Source: Dicyema japonicum
Taxonomy: Eukaryota; Animalia; Dicyemida
NCBI GenBank assembly: GCA_011109175.1
Contig: RDEW01000038.1
Location: forward strand, 367,155-431,154
Length of the DNA: 64,000 bases
Direction: 5' to 3'
Positions 62,741 through 64,000 of this stretch are shown here, one piece after another (position 1 is the first letter of the stretch; each line of letters opens with the position of its first letter). The position numbers were made by a program, and so were the translations under genes. The notes under the pieces are model-generated. The model made no database searches. It was not told the origin of the DNA and worked only from the letters and a program-made list of their open reading frames with translations.

Positions 62741-64000
62741 TAAGTTTATGTTTTTTAACGTGAGTAGTTATTTTTGGTTTTACCGTGGTCTTTTGAAATT
62801 TTCATTTCAACACAGAATTGTGAGATTATTTAAGGGGATTAGCACCTCGCCGGTACGGAAAACGCCAAACATCGCGTTGACGATTGATTACTTCACAGTG
62901 AGACTTCCTCAAGGTGACCAAGTCACCTGAACATCTCCTTGGCCAGAAGTCAATTTATACCTGGAAGCCGGCCGAGAAGAAACTTTTCCTTTTGTGGAGG
63001 ATTCCAAGACCATCCACAGAGGAAGGTTGATATTACACCGAGATCACTTACTGTTACTTTTCTTGAATGTGTGCCATACAAGAGCAATAAAGAACACTTG
63101 AATCATTTTAACGAATCTTCGAAAATTGTAGACTACATTTTTTTATTGTCAACGCCCCACGATACTCCGAATAATCCGAACATAATCGCCTTTGGCTTGC
63201 TACTGCAGTAGTAAACCTTGTTTCTTTAACTGATCTGCTTCAAAAGACGAAAAATGTTGGGTCTCCCCCATTAAAATAATAGGTAAATGAAAGAAATAAT
63301 TATTCAAAAACTGCAAATTTCTTTATTTTTAATGTCGTTTACTTTCCATTATAATTTTTCTTAAATTTTAATTTTCTCTTTGACGGACGGTTGTAATTTG
63401 TTAGTTTTTTCCAAGTTTTCCATTGGACTTCACTACAAAATCCAATTAACTGATCAAAGAACATGTTCTTTCTACTCATTGCAAAGTATATAAAAATGGG
63501 GTACTTTGTGTGACCTAGGGGTTTGTCCCCAGTCAGAAATTGAAAATGTCTTAGTATCCTAAAAAAAATAAACCCTCTCTTCATTCAACAACAATTTGCA
63601 TTAAAGATCACTCCGACATTATACACGTGACGATTGTGCTGACATTAAACAGGGATGAGAGAACAAATACTATGGAACGAGATCTTTATAAGAGAAGAGG
63701 CGAAAAATCTGCAACTTTATTCATAACCAACGAAAGGGACAGGACACGTGCAGTATTTGCAGTTGTGGGGGAGAACAAATGATTCTTTTTAATTCCATCC
63801 CGGCACTGAGGGTTGGTGGATTACATGACGTCACTCTAGTAGAATGAGAGAAGGTGAGAAACAGAAAAGTCTCTGAAATGACATGGGATGACATTGTTAC
63901 TACGGTTCACAAGGGTACTTGAGACAGTTCGAAGTTGTAGATACATCTACTCTAACATGCATGCACTGTGCTCGAAAGGCCATAAGAATGTGTCCCTTGA

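Noticed and set aside
63339-63584. 81-aa minus-strand ORF
   Set aside because: Low-complexity AT-rich composition with no family signal; cannot be supported.

Overview
Eukaryotic nuclear DNA, AT-rich, from a metazoan: it carries a TGF-beta ligand, a Myc-type bHLH-Zip and a mitoribosomal protein. The spliceosomal introns are extremely short (22-27 nt), which points to a highly reduced parasitic animal such as a dicyemid/orthonectid or a myxozoan (inference only). A few compact gene islands are present: mS38/AURKAIP1-like, an F-box gene, a BubR1/Bub1-family pseudokinase, a 9-Cys TGF-beta ligand, a Myc-like factor and a GH27 alpha-N-acetylgalactosaminidase. They sit among nested, mostly decayed transposons: Ingi/Vingi-like and other APE LINEs, RTE, CRE-clade PHD-RT-RLE elements, an R4-like RLE element, tRNA-derived SINEs, pogo/Tigger, Tc1 and a Ginger integrase transposon. 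The most notable signals are (i) a full-length 3.2-kb Vingi-like LINE with a candidate HDV-like ribozyme at its 5' end followed by a 2A/StopGo peptide, (ii) micro-introns at apparently ancestral positions, including one that only works as a non-canonical GT-GG intron, (iii) a half-size BubR1-like protein with a dead kinase and no KEN box, and (iv) a tandem array of ~45-bp Helitron-end-like units inside the Ginger element. All gene models were built by eye and TE boundaries are approximate unless a TSD or TIR is given. A 621-nt N gap lies at 18476-19096.
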